Source: Eledone cirrhosa
Taxonomy: Eukaryota
Assembly: GCA_964016885.1 (NCBI GenBank)
Contig: OZ024740.1
Coordinates: 404,798,001-404,862,000, forward strand
Reading direction: 5' to 3'
DNA: 64,000 nucleotides
In this document: positions 26,647-39,699 of the stretch, piece after piece
Position numbering within the stretch: the first letter of the stretch is position 1
How the letters are laid out: each line of letters starts with the position of its first letter
The notes under the pieces: model-generated
Seen by the model: the letters and a program-made list of their open reading frames with translations, nothing else
What the model was told of the DNA's origin: nothing
The model's database searches: none
Program-made: the position numbers and the translations under genes

Positions 26647-28414
26647 GTTATACTTGGGGAGGGTAATATTTGTGTAATATTGCCAGAATTAATAACAGAA
26701 CACACTCACTGTTTGGTTGGTTTTCGCTTTTGTGTCTTTTATATCGGTTAATTTAATTTATTCGGTCCTCATTGTTGCCATTGACTGACCAATGGTCAAA
26801 AATACAGATACAATATAGACACAAACACATATATATAGTCTATCAAAGTTCTTTTGTTGCACATCTGCAACATCGTCAGTGTTGCTATTATGTTTCCTCC
26901 CATTGCATTGTATGCTTACGCCATCTTTATTTAGTCTGTTTATTTATTTATTTATTTGTTTTTTTTTTGTCTTCTCTGCGCATGCGTTTGCGTATAGTGT
27001 TTTGTTTGATGTGTGTTCTTGTTTGGGTGACTGTGTATTGGTTAATGCTTCTATCTTAGTTTACTGGTGTGTGTTTATATGTGTTTGCTGTTATTGTGCT
27101 TGTGTATGTATTTATCTATTTATTTATTTATCTATCTATTTATTTATACTTCTCTTAGGTCAGTGTTGTTTGTTTGGGTGTTGTTGTTATTCCATTCATT
27201 TTTTCTGTTTAGCCTTGGCCTTCTAAGTTCTATTTCGCTAGCCTCTCTGATTTGCCTATCTGCTGGGTCGTTTCTATGTTTAGATTATATTCTAACTTCT
27301 ATGTTGTCTATGTTACCGTTGTGTTGTCTGGCATGTTCGTATAGTACTGAACCGTTTTTTTCGTCCTTTTAGTTCCCCCCAGTGTTGGTCTATCCTTTCA
27401 CCTATGCTACGAGCTGTCTCGCCTATGTATGTATGTTGTCATGTTTCTGCAAGTACCCTCTGTACATCTTATGCTATAGACTACGTTTCTAGTTTTACAG
27501 TTTATCCGGGGATTTACTCTACATATGATACATTTCCTATTAGTACAGTGGGTTTTCTTAAAAGGGTAGGTTTTGCTGATCAGGGATTTTATGGTGGTTC
27601 CTGGCTTTTCTTCCACCTTAATCTTTAAGTGGGTCTTTCTCAGGGCCTTTCTACACTGGTTAGCTAATGTCCCTCCAGGGGTAGCGTCCACAAACATGAC
27701 ACTCTGGTATCTCTGGTTGTCGTACCATGAGGTGGCTTTTACTATCTTACGTCTAGTCTTATCTAAGCTATTCCATGATTTGTTCCTGTATAATGGGCAA
27801 ATTCCTTTCATGTCCAGTTCTATAATGGGCAAATTCCTTTCATGTCCAGTTCTATGAGGGTCTTATACTTCTCCGTGGCTCCTTCGTATACTCTGATTCT
27901 GTCTCTTTGGTTGTAGCCAGAGAACTGCATGCATCTTTCCATTTCTGTTGGGTCGCACATGCGGGACACGTTCTTCATCACTTGTACCAAGTCTGCGATC
28001 AGAATATTAAACTTAGCACTACTGGACATTGCTGAGTTTTTGAGTATCATGTATTTGGAGACCATGGGTTTAGCGTAGTGTGAGTGGAGAATTTGGGCTC
28101 TCTCGTCTATAGCATTAATCCAGAGTTCTGTGTCTAATACAGGTAGTCTATTGTTAGGGTGTTTGGAAGGGTAGTCGATAGTTACAGTTATACTCTGGAG
28201 TATGGAATTAGCTATCTGCTGGATGCTTTCCATTGTGCTACGTTCTACATCAAACTTGTTAGTACTCTCTTGTGGGGATGTCCTTATTATTATATTGATG
28301 TTGTCTACGTAACGAGAGTACATGATGAGGTCTATGAAGCTCTCATCAAGGAGATCTTTGAGTCTCCTAACAATATTTGTTTCCACACACGATTTCATAT
28401 CAAAAACCTCGCAA

Positions 28415-28417
<3 letters not shown>
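26647..28417 (-). mobile_element. Penelope-like element, Naiad-like, 5'-truncated and disabled
   Basis: RT C-terminus RYVDNI...TIDYPSKH...LPVLD...HYAKPM...SA...K; Cys cluster HCTNRKCIIC...C...VVYSIRC...C; GIY-YIG YIGETARSIGER and RQIREA...LNRKNEW in shifted frames; (TA)n on both sides; 32-bp duplication frameshift at 27789-27852. Confidence 0.8.
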
Positions 28418-28486
<69 letters not shown>

Positions 28487-30800
28487 CATCATCATCATCA
28501 TCATCAACGTTTAACGTCCGTGTTCCACGCTTGCATGGGTTTGGACGGGGGTTTTCCCACTTGAGGCAAGAGTGATTGTCTTGCTCGCATAGGACTGTCT
28601 GGCGGGTTTTCTACAGTTGGATGCCCTTCCTAACACCAACCACATTTACAGTGTGGGTCTGGGAGGTTTTTACCGTGTTGCCTACACGGCCACATTACAG
28701 CGTGGACTGTGTGTTTTTTTGTCGTGACACCTACACGATCTCATTTGTTTCGGCCTGGATGGCGGGGCACCAACATAACTTTACATAGAACGGGGTGGTG
28801 TGGATGGGGTGGGGGTGGTGGTGGTGGGACGGGGTGTATTTTGTTAGAGATGCCTACTGGCTGGAGTAGGTTTTACTATATATTTAGGTAAGGCGGGTCT
28901 TCTCTGTTACTGAGTACCGCCAAAGGTCTCGGTCCAGTGACATTGTCTTGGAGAGGTGTAAGTGTGTGAGGTCGGAGTTTATCAGCTCGTCCCAGGTTTT
29001 TCTAGGTCTGCCTATTCCGTGGCTACCGTCTATCTTTATTGCCCTGCACTTTGTTATACAGCTATCGACTTTCATGCGCATCACGTGTCCATACCAACGT
29101 AGCCTTCTCTCGAGTAAACAACATCTGATCCCTCTTATCTCTAATTTTTTCCTTAGTTCGTTTATGCTTTGCCGTTCACGTATATTACTGTTACACATCC
29201 AGCGGAGCATGCAAGCTTCGTTCCTCTCTAGTCTGCGTATATCCTCTGCACACAATGCCCAGGTCTCACTGCCATGCAACATTGCTGTTCGTATGCAGGC
29301 ATCGTACAACCTGCCTTTCATTTTTAGGGAGAACCCTTTAGCAGCTAATAGTGGTATAAGCTCTCTGAACTTTTTCCAACCAGTTCTGACTCTAGCTACA
29401 GTACTTTCAGAGCACCCTCCCCCACTGCTGATTTTATCGCCCAGGTAACGGAAGCTGTCCACTATTTCTATAGAACCCTCTGCGCAATTGAAAGAGCTAG
29501 TATTTTGTGGGCACTTGCTGCTACTTATCGCACCAGAACACCGCCCACATGTAAAATCTATGTTCTTAGTTAGCTTACCTGTGATCCCACTACATCTTTT
29601 ATGCGCCCATACTTTGCATTTAGGACATAAAATGGAGTTTCTACCTATGCCTTTCCTACACACCGAGCACGACCATTTCCCAGAAGGGACCGCCGCCTTG
29701 TTTTCTTTCCTACAAACTAGAACTTTAGTCTTAGCCAGGTTAATTTTAAGTCCTTTTGACTCTAGGCCGTGCTTCCATGTTTGGAATTTCTTCTCTAGCT
29801 CGGCCATTGATTCCGCTATGAGTGTCAGGTCGTCTGCGTATAGGAGTTCCCATGGGCAGCTGGTCTTGAACTCCTCTGTTATAGCCTGAAGGGCAATAAT
29901 AAATAGTAGGGGGCTGAGAACAGAGCCCTGATGGACGCCAACTTTTACGCTAAACTCTTCACTATATTCGTTGTTAATTCTAACCTTGCTGACTGTTTCT
30001 TTATACATGGCTTGTATAGCCCTCACAAGCCATTCGTCAACGCCTAGTTTTCTAAGAGCCCACCAGATAATGGAGCGGGGGACTCTGTCGAAGGCTTTCT
30101 CCAAGTCGACAAAAGCTAAGTAGAGGGGTTTACCTTTAGCTAGGTACTTCTCCTGTAGTTGTCGTACTATGAAAAGAGCGTCTGTGGTACTTTTGCCTGA
30201 CACAAACCCGAACTGCATTTCATCTAGGTCAATTCTCTCTCTGATTAGTTGCGCTATTACTTTTTCCGTGACCTTCATGACCTGGTCGATTAATTTAATG
30301 CCTCTATAGTTACTCCTATCTAGGGCGTCTCCTTTACCCTTATAACAGTTAACGATGATGCTGCTATGCCAGTCCTTCGGAACAACCCCATTCTGTATGA
30401 CTTGGTTAACTATGCGGGTGACCATGGTGTGTCCCACCGTGCCAGATGCCTTCAGCATCTCAGCAACTATTTCCGAAGGCCCAGCCGCCTTACCCGTCTT
30501 CATATCCTTGATTGCCTTACTTATTATACTCCCCTCGACTAACACTGCTGGTCCCTCTATTGGGTCGATATGGGGGAAACTGTCTTTCTCCCATTTATTC
30601 TCCTCATTTAGTAGCCTTTCATAGTGACACTTCCAAGCTACCTTCTTATCAGCGTCGGTGATGGCAAGTGTGCCATCATCGTTTAGTACACACTTCTCCC
30701 CGACAATATCACTGTTTTCCTTGACGCATTGCCTAGCAATCCTGAACACCTCACGTTTTTGGTCCTCGCGTTGTAGAACATGCTTGAACTTTCTTTCCTC
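28487..30800 (-). mobile_element. 5'-truncated RTE LINE with uninterrupted RT ORF
   Basis: ORF 28884..30827: FVDLEKAFD, GVHQGSVLSP, YADD, YLG, no stops over ~640 codons; 3'UTR and (GAT)n tail abut (TA)n. Confidence 0.95.
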
Positions 30801-30859
30801 TATACATGTGTGTGTGTGTGTGTACACTTATCGTGATGATGATGAAGATATATATATAG

Positions 30860-31150
30860 GGTCTATATGATAAATGCACCCAATATATTCTGTAAAATGG
30901 TTGGTGATTGGAAGAGCAAGCAGCCATAAAAACCTCAAAAACAAAGTGTCAGGAGGAGTATTCAGATGTACCATAGACATGACAACCCCCTTAGTGTTGG
31001 TGCCATGATAAAATGTATTGAGTAGAGTGTGGAGTTGTATGCCGAGCCCCCAGAGTTCAGAGGCTCCGTTTGGGTTCTGTCCAGTCTGCGATGACATGGT
31101 CAACCCTTGCTAGCAAAGGAAACAGATGTTAAATAATGAAGATGATGATG
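30860..31150 (+). mobile_element. Degenerate SINE/RTE 3' tail
   Basis: gtaaaatggttgg...ttgctagcaaaggaaacagatgttaaa...gatgatgatg, matching the RTE 3' end. Confidence 0.6.
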
Positions 31151-31832
31151 CATACAAACATACATACATAGATATATAGATACATAGATACATACATACA
31201 TAGATATATACATACATACATACATGGTGGCTGCCAACTCGTTTTCGAGTACGCCCACTACTTTATATCCATGTAGGAGAACCCCTACTGATGCGCTGAA
31301 CAAGTGTGACTTTTTAGTCCCGCCAGCGACTTGAAAACTCTGGTACAAACACTACACTTATGACAATTACTGACACATAGTGCTGGGCCCATGGTACCAT
31401 GTGATGACAAGTGCAGAGAGATCTCCAGATATAAAGCAATGCCTGTGCTGTGAAGCTTTTATAGTGAGCAAAGGCACTGCACAAAGCCAGTCCCACTCTC
31501 TTAACCAAGATGATATTCCCGGGAGAGATGACCCCTTAGCCTTTGTCAAGGCAGAATTCTAGGAGAAGGAAAACTCTGATATAACACCTGCAACCCTGAT
31601 GGTATCCAATGATGTTGACATACATACATAGATATATAGATACATACATACTTACAAGCATACATACACAGAGGCATGTATGAATACATGCACATAAAAT
31701 TGTATTTACTGGCAAGTCTTGAATATATCCTTAAGAAATAAAAGGAAAAAAATGCTAAAATTATATACATACACACAAGCACACACGCACACACACTCAC
31801 ACACACACATATATATGTATATATATATGTAC

Positions 31833-31877
<45 letters not shown>

Positions 31878-32019
31878 TATGTATACGTACATACATATAT
31901 GTATACAGATGTACAGTAGTATATATTTTATTTAAGTAACAGCCGTACTAAGAGTGAGAAATGAAATTTCGTTTCATTTTTCCCATTTATATATATATAT
32001 ATATACATATATATGTATC

Positions 32020-32076
<57 letters not shown>

Positions 32077-32147
32077 ATATATGATCTATGATCTAATAAA
32101 CTGAAGATGTATATGTAATACCGTCTCTTATTTCTTATTTTTTATAA

Positions 32148-32221
<74 letters not shown>

Positions 32222-32392
32222 GAGGAAAGAGATATTTATTTAATTATGTCTCATATAAAATAATACAACCAGCTATCCACGAAATACTGAATAGTTAGCA
32301 CCCCAAACACTAAACTGGGAAAATACTTAGGTATATCCTAATGTTTGTTGAGTGAGATGGAGTATCGCTTAAGGCTTTCTCTGTTAATGTAT

Positions 32393-32479
<87 letters not shown>

Positions 32480-32639
32480 TATATATATATATATATATAT
32501 ATTAGAAAGTGACGTTTTTTTTACAAAATGAAAAATAACCGAGGTGTCCTACACGAGTGAAAGTCTAAAGAAAAAAAGATGAAATCGAAAATGCAACTGG
32601 AGTCTTATTTAAGAAAAAATATATATATTTATTTGGTTC

Positions 32640-32675
32640 CTTTACCGGTTTCGCAGTTCTTCTGCTTTTCAAAAG
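32640..32675 (-). ncRNA. Minimal type I hammerhead ribozyme, U3-A8 variant
   Basis: Minus strand CTT-TTGAAAA-GCAG-aagaa-CTGC-GAAA-CCGG-TA-AAG; AATAAA and a short (TA)n follow. Confidence 0.7.
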
Positions 32676-33874
32676 TAGAGTTGAGATGGAGGGTCTGTGG
32701 TTTTTAGAGAAGTAATTTGATTGGTTGGTCAATAATTATAATAAAAAATTTCTTTGCGCCAGTTCGCGTTACAAAGTTCCCCAAACGGGGGGAGGGGCTC
32801 AGGTTGTTTTTTCATATATATATGAGTGTTTGAATTTCTTTTTACTTTTTACTTAAAAAAAAGGGGCTCACGAAGGCTTTTTTTTAATAAACGTAATTTG
32901 ATTGGGTATAAGTTTTCATAAAATTTCTATATATGTATCAGAGAAATAATCTGAGCATCTGATTCCAACAACTGCAACAGACTTTCTACAATGATATTAA
33001 CAATATATACAAAAAGTGTAAATTCTATGACCAAGCTCTCTGATTAACTCATTGAACAAAAGTATTCAGACAAATGGGCACCATTTTTAGTCAATGGAAA
33101 TAACAGTTTAGAAACATTCTAAACAGCCCCATTCTTATGAGTTGCACAGATCATTGATTCTGCTATTCATGAATTCCAGATAAAAAAATGAAAGTCCTTT
33201 CTGAATGAAACATCAGTTCCTTTCAGTAGACACTGTCCTGTTTTTCGTGTAAGTACAACCATAATTTACTTTATGTATGCATAGCTATACAAACTAAATG
33301 TAGATATAGTTGATTTATATGTAAGTTTACAAATACTACAATATATTAATGTTATATGCATACAAGTACACAAACACAGCCTTTATAATACATAAATAAA
33401 TGCCTTTAAAGTTACATCGACACATATATGAAAATATGTACAAATTGGAATAATTATGTGGCTATGTTTATCTACATACTGGTATTTACACAATTACACT
33501 TAGTACTTTCAAACACATATATACAAAATAAAATTATGTATGTATACACAAATGAATATACTTTACACACACTCACACACATACCATATTTACTTTCATA
33601 TATATATATATTATATATATATTATATATAGCTACACATCATTTGATAATCACACTGAGCATATATGTATGTCAATTTTTATATCCACTGAAGCAAACAA
33701 TGATATGCATATTACACATTTAATGATATATGTAAACATATAGCTAACAATCCGCATATCTCAAAATAAAAAGAAGCCATTCTGAAAAAAATAAATATTT
33801 GCCAAGACTTTAAAAAAAAAACTGTTTTCAAATGAAAGTTTATGCTAACCTTAGCATTTATTGACTCTACAGAT

Positions 33875-34550
33875 CCTCATCATCATGATTTAATGTCTGT
33901 TTTCCCTGCTGGGTTGGACAGGTCTACATAGACAAAGTCGGTACTGAAACTGGGCTACAGATCTCCCAGACAAGTAATTGAGGGTCGAGGTTGGTAGGGT
34001 GTCTGCATCTCGCTTATGTACAGTCTTATGTTCTACTTAGTGCACTGGAGAGGTTGTCATGTCTTTGACACAACTGAGGGTCGCTCGTAAACCTTTGTTT
34101 GGAAAGCTTTCTACAGCTGGATGGCTTTCCTATCACCAACAACGTTATAATGTGTATTGGGTGCTTTTATTGTGTAGATCAGTGGTCTCCAACCTTTTTT
34201 ATACCACAGACTGGCTTCATATCGGACAATCTTTCCGTGGACCGGTAGTAACACATGTGTCATTTAAGTGCGTTTTGATAAAGAGAACAATAATAAAAAG
34301 AGCAATTAATTAAAGTAGATGAATATTGAATATTTAAACAAATCTTTTAAAATTGAAGTCCAATATCAATTTATCTATTATATAATTTTAAACAAGTTAA
34401 TTATTTCTTTGAGGTCCAAGTGATCCACAGACCGGTACCGGTCTGCAGCCCGGTGGTTGGGGTTCTCTGGTGTAGATCACCAACACTAGGGAGGCTGCCA
34501 TGTCCTTGACATAACTGACGGGTTCTTCCAACCCTTTTGATGTCCATCCG
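33875..34550 (-). mobile_element. Degenerate RTE-tailed SINE/LINE 3' end
   Basis: tcatcatcat tail and ttctacagctggatggctttcct motif; split by a hAT MITE. Confidence 0.6.
34180..34469. mobile_element. hAT (Charlie-like) MITE
   Basis: TIRs cagtggtctccaacc...ggttggggttctctg; 8-bp TSD GTGTAGAT. Confidence 0.85.
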
Positions 34551-34724
34551 GGAGATGTTCAGAAATATTTTTTTATAATAATTTTTCAGATTGTTTCTTA
34601 AACTTCCAGCTTACAAGATTTCAGAATCACAAATAAAAATTCATACTAATTAATTGAAAAAAAAACAAAACATTTTATGAAATTACTTGTTAAGTTAATA
34701 TTCATAACTTATTACATCCCTTTA

Positions 34725-34850
34725 CGGACTGAGTTCAAATCCTGTCGAGGTTAACTTTGCCTTTCATCCTTACGGGGTCGATAAAATAAAGTACCAGTAA
34801 TGTACTGAGTTTTTGCTGGCTTTGTGCCAAAAGTAGAAACAATAATTATT
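34725..34850 (+). mobile_element. 3' part of the Meta-domain-like SINE
   Basis: gagttcaaatcc...cctttcatccttacggggtcgataaaataaagtacc...gtagaaacaataatt. Confidence 0.8.
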
Positions 34851-35740
34851 AAGTTATGATGGTCCATGGGAGATAACTGCGTTACTTTCTCCTCCACCTC
34901 AATAAATTATTCTGTGCTAAATAAACATCACAACCTTTTTCATTTTTAATATTGAATTACAGTAATTCTTTTTTTTTTTTTTAGCATTTAGAAAACATTT
35001 ATTCACAATTATAAAAATAGCATTACGAATAAAAAAGAAGTTACATAATGACGGAAATATGAAAAAGAAAGATAAAAATAAAATCAAGTAATGAGAAGAA
35101 GGGGAAGGGGTAAAGAAGGGCAGATCTGGCTGTATGGGAAAGTAGGGGAAAGGACTATAAATGTCATAAATTAGAGCAAAAGGAGGGAAAAAGCAAGGAC
35201 TGTTTGGCTACAGAAGAAAGGGAGAGGCAAGGGAGGAGAGTGATGGGCTCTGGGTCTATGGCAGAGCGGTGTTTGGGTGCACCCCTCGGACAAAACTGCA
35301 AAGCCATTTCCGCGGACAATTGACAGTGACAGTCACTACAATAGCCACCCTACCTAGCGGGGCTTCTGGTGATCATGTTTTATTCATACAGCTTGTTTCA
35401 TATTGCTCCAGTTCACTCAGCTGTAGAAATGAGTTAAGACGTCACTAGTGCCAAGCTGTATCAGTCTTTGCCTTTCCCTTGGACAACAACAGTGGCACGG
35501 AGAGGGGAAACTGGTATGCTTGGGCGACTGATGAAATATCTAAAGCATTAGATAGACTGCTGGACTATCAGGGATAATTGCTGAGATACTTAAAATATCC
35601 GACAAAGTAAATCACATACTAGTCATTTGTATAGTCAACTAGTTTGTATAAGGAGGCAGCATAATCAGTATTATCATCAATGGCAACAAAGGCAAAAGAG
35701 ATGCATTAGAGCAGGTATGTAAAACTGAGGGTCCTCCAAG

Positions 35741-37430
35741 AGCCACACCGGTCACATGTGTTGTCTGAGGGCCACATGTGTCACATATGTGTTGTTTGAG
35801 GGCCACATTGGTCACATGTGTGTTGTCTGAGGGCCACACCGGTCACATGTGTTGTCTGAGGGCCACATCGGTCACATATGTGTTGTCTGAGGGCCACATC
35901 AGTCACATATGTGTTATCTGAGGGCCACATTGGTCACATATGTGTTGTCTGAGGGCCACACCGGTCACATGTGTTGTCTGAGGGCCACATGTGTCACATA
36001 TGTGTTGTCTGAGGGCCACACCGGTCACATATATGTTGTCTGAGGGCCACACCGGTCACATGTGTTGTCTGAGGGCCACATCGGTCACATATGTGTTGTC
36101 TGAGGGCCACATCAGTCACATGTGTTGTCTGAGGGCCACATGTGTCACATATGTGTTGTCTGAGGGCCACACCGGTCACATATATGTTGTCTGAGGGCCA
36201 CACCGGTCACATGTGTTGTCTGAGGGCCACATCGGTCACATATGTGTTGTCTGAGGGCCACATCAGTCACATATGTGTTGTCTGAAGGCCACACTGGTCA
36301 CATATGTGTTATCTGAGGGCCACACTGGTCACATATGTGTTGTCTGAGGGCCACACTGGTCACATATGTGTTGTCTGAAGGCCACACTGGTCACATATGT
36401 GTTGTCTGAGGGCCACACTGGTCACATATGTGTTGTCTGAGGGCCACACCAGTCGCATATGTGTTGTCTGAGGGCCAGACTGGTCCCATATGTGTTGTCT
36501 GAGGGCCACATGTGTGACATATGTGTTGTGTGAGGGCCACATGTGTGACATATGTGTTGTGTGAGGGCCACATCAGTCACATATGTATTGTCTGAGGGCC
36601 ACATGTGTGACATATGTGTTGTGTGAGGGCCACATCAGTCACATATGTATTGTCTGAGGGCCAGACTGGTCACATATGTGTTGTCTGAGGGCCACATGTG
36701 TGACATATGTGTTGTGTGAGGGCCACATCAGTCACATATGTATTGTCTGAGGGCCATATTGGTCCCATATGTGTTGTCTGAGGGCCACATGTGTGACATA
36801 TGTGTTGTGTGAGGGCCACATCAGTCACATATGTATTGTCTGAGGGCCATATTGGTCCCATATGTGTTGTCTGAGGGCCACATGTGTGACATATGTGTTG
36901 TGTGAGGGCCACATCAGTCACATATGTATTGTCTGAGGGCCAGACTGGTCCCATATGTGTTGTCTGAGGGCCACATGTGTGACATATGTGTTGTGTGAGG
37001 GCCACATCAGTCACATATGTATTGTCTGAGGGCCATATTGGTCCCATATGTGTTGTCTGAGGGCCACATGTGTGACATATGTGTTGTGTGAGGGCCACAT
37101 CAGTCACATATGTATTGTCTGAGGGCCATATTGGTCCCATATGTGTTGTCTGAGGGCCACATGTGTTGTGTGAGGGCCACATCAGTCACATATGTATTGT
37201 CTGAGGGCCATATTGGTCCCATATGTGTTGTCTGAGGGCCACATGTGTGACATATGTGTTGTGTGAGGGCCACATCAGTCACATATGTATTGTCTGAGGG
37301 CTACACTGGTCACATATGTGTTGTGTGAGGGCCACATCAGTCACATATGTGTTGTCTGAGGGCTACACTGGTCATATATGTGTTGTCTGAGGGCCACATC
37401 AGTCACATATGTGTTGTCTGAGGGCTACAC
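35741..37430. repeat. 29/31-bp minisatellite (~55 units) with a 93-bp higher-order repeat in its distal half
   Basis: Unit gtcacatatgtgttgtctgagggccacacyg; three-unit periodicity at ~36670-37280. Confidence 0.97.
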
Positions 37431-37614
37431 TCGACAACTAATTGTGCACATTACAACTAATTTTTTTTAAATTTTATGTTACAAAGATAAAACATGCTCG
37501 CACTGTAAAAACTATGTGCAGGCCATAGGTGTGCCTGTAAAGGGCTGCACGTTTGACGTGCCTGCATTAAAGAGTGGTAACTACAGAGACTTCAAATTAC
37601 TGAAATAGTTATAT

Positions 37615-39507
37615 TACAACTGATTGGAAAGAGAGTTAGTCTAGATGTGAGATCTAATGAGACAACTACAGGAGAAGTACTACAGGTTGGATTAAGTTCT
37701 TTAGAGCCACTAAGCACATATATAAAAAAGTCTGCCCCCCCCCCCCCCCCCCCCAAAAAAAAAAAACCCACCCCGTTTAGAATGACAAATACCTTTAATT
37801 TGTATAAAATGGTGTCCTCTTCCCTTGATGTCCAAACCATGTGCTTATTGTGATATATGGTTAATCCTGGCATTTGTTCACTTGAAGAAGGCCTTTGACA
37901 GGATACCATGCTCTATAATCTGGTGGTTAGTAAGGAAACTAGTAAATGACTAGTTTGGGAGTGCCATGTAAGCCAAGTACAGAGGTGCAGTCAATAAGTT
38001 GAGAATTAACCTTTTAGCATTTAAACCGGCTGTATCTGGTCAGAATTTCCTCACTTCTTTCTGTTCAAACCGACCATAACCAGCTGCTCATACTGATGTT
38101 TATTTATTGTTCTCAAAATAAACAATATCAAAATCTTCTAGATTATATATTATGTGAGATAAAGTGTTTACCATGAAAATACAATAGTAAATAATAGGGT
38201 AATGTAAATGCTAAAGGGTTAATGGGAATTAACAATGAATTCAGCAAAGAATTTAGATTCAGTTCTCTGCCTCTTCATGTCTATTATAGTCATTCAGGCC
38301 ATAACAGAAGAGTTTAGGACCATCTGTCTGTGGAAACTCCTGCATGTTGATGAATTAGTTCATATAGCTGAATCTGTAGATTTGGAGAATATATTCCAGA
38401 CATGGAAGAAAACCTTGAATCTAGAGGCCTCAAAATAATCTGAGCAAAAAGTAAACTGTTTAGAAAGTAGGAAAAAAGACAGGATTTTTCTACCATAACA
38501 GAAATGAATGTGTTTGATATGCTGAAATGGTGTGGGTATAAATTTTATATGGTGTACCTAGTATAACTTATGGATGCACAACAGGTGTAGTGGAATCGTA
38601 AATAGGCTGGCTGAAAAGGTGGACTTCATTTATGGCTGATGCTCAAGAGTAGTTTACCGTAATAGTTCTTCTTCTTCTTCTTCTTCTTCTCCTCCCCCTC
38701 CCCCCTCTCCTCCTCTTCCTCCTCCACTCGTCATCTCAAGGAAGCCTGCACAGTACACTCTACATGAATGGATTCTACTGAAGCAGGTGAAGTTAAAGTA
38801 TCTTAGGGGCCATTTTAATGAGTGATGGAAAGCAGGAGGTTGAATTAAGTCAGAGTAAAATTCTTTCAAATGCTTGGAATGCTACCTTGAATTAATCATT
38901 AGCTGTTGTTACCTATATAACATAATTAGCAGTGGAGGTGGGTGTTCTGAAACATAGCAGCCTGTGGTAAAAATTCAGAGAGTTAATACTTATGCTCATA
39001 ACAAAGGATTTCTCTCTGAGAGTGAATTGTACACATCGTATGATGCTTATATACGACTTGCATGGCTACAAGATATGGGTCTTGAAGGTGGAATATTCAA
39101 GATGACTAGAAAGAAATGAAGCCAATATGTTTTGCTGGAAGGGCATTGTTTGTTCACATGAATGACAGCACAAATGAGCAGAGAGAAAAGTTAGCTATAA
39201 GCAGTATATATATATATATAGAGAGAGAGAGATAGTGTACAAGAGATAAGACTATGCTTATTCAAACCTTTAATTCATATAGAGGATGTCAATCATATAA
39301 AAATGTGCTGAACGTTTGTAGTTCATGAAATCTGTGGAAGAAGGAGGCCTGGGAAGAATGGGACAAAGTAATGAAGACTGATCTCAAAAGACCAAAATCT
39401 CATGAAGAGGATGTTAAAGAACTGCAGGAGTGTTGACAAGCAGTGCTGGAGAAGAATCCAAACATGTGGAAGCATGGATAAACATTTGTGAAAATGGTGG
39501 TGATGTT
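37615..39507 (+). mobile_element. Highly degraded RTE LINE
   Basis: Remnants RQLQEKY, IQAITEEFRT..W.LLHVD and ISSGGGCSE; interrupted by a MITE and simple repeats. Confidence 0.75.
38010..38218 (+). mobile_element. piggyBac-type MITE (copy 2)
   Basis: TTAA|ccttttagcattta...taaatgctaaaggg|TTAA. Confidence 0.85.
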
Positions 39508-39513
39508 TAATAT

Positions 39514-39699
39514 CCCTTTAGCATTTAAACCGGCCATATCTGGTCAGAATTCTCTCACCTCTTTCAGTTAAGGTATTGTTCTCAAAATAAATGATATCAA
39601 AATCTCATAGATTCGATATTATGTGAAATAATTATGTAAAATAAAGTGTTTACTGTGAAAATACAATAGTAAATATAGAGTAATGTAAATGTTAAAGGG
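39514..39699 (+). mobile_element. piggyBac-type MITE (copy 3)
   Basis: ccctttagcatttaaaccgg...gtaaatgttaaaggg; flanks are not a clean TTAA. Confidence 0.75.

Noticed and set aside
27400-27560. Selenocysteine recoding in the Naiad-like Cys cluster
   Set aside because: The zinc-ligand positions read as ordinary Cys; no in-frame TGA at those sites.
28948-30870. Plus-strand ORFs antisense to RTE copies
   Set aside because: Shadow ORFs of the RT frame with no recognisable motifs.
32095-32130. CTGAAGA plus a small hairpin between TA tracts
   Set aside because: Lacks GAAA and stem III.
35741-37430. CRISPR-like array or repeat-protein ORFs
   Set aside because: Units are contiguous without unique spacers, there are no cas genes, and the context is eukaryotic; the ORFs are by-products of the repeat.
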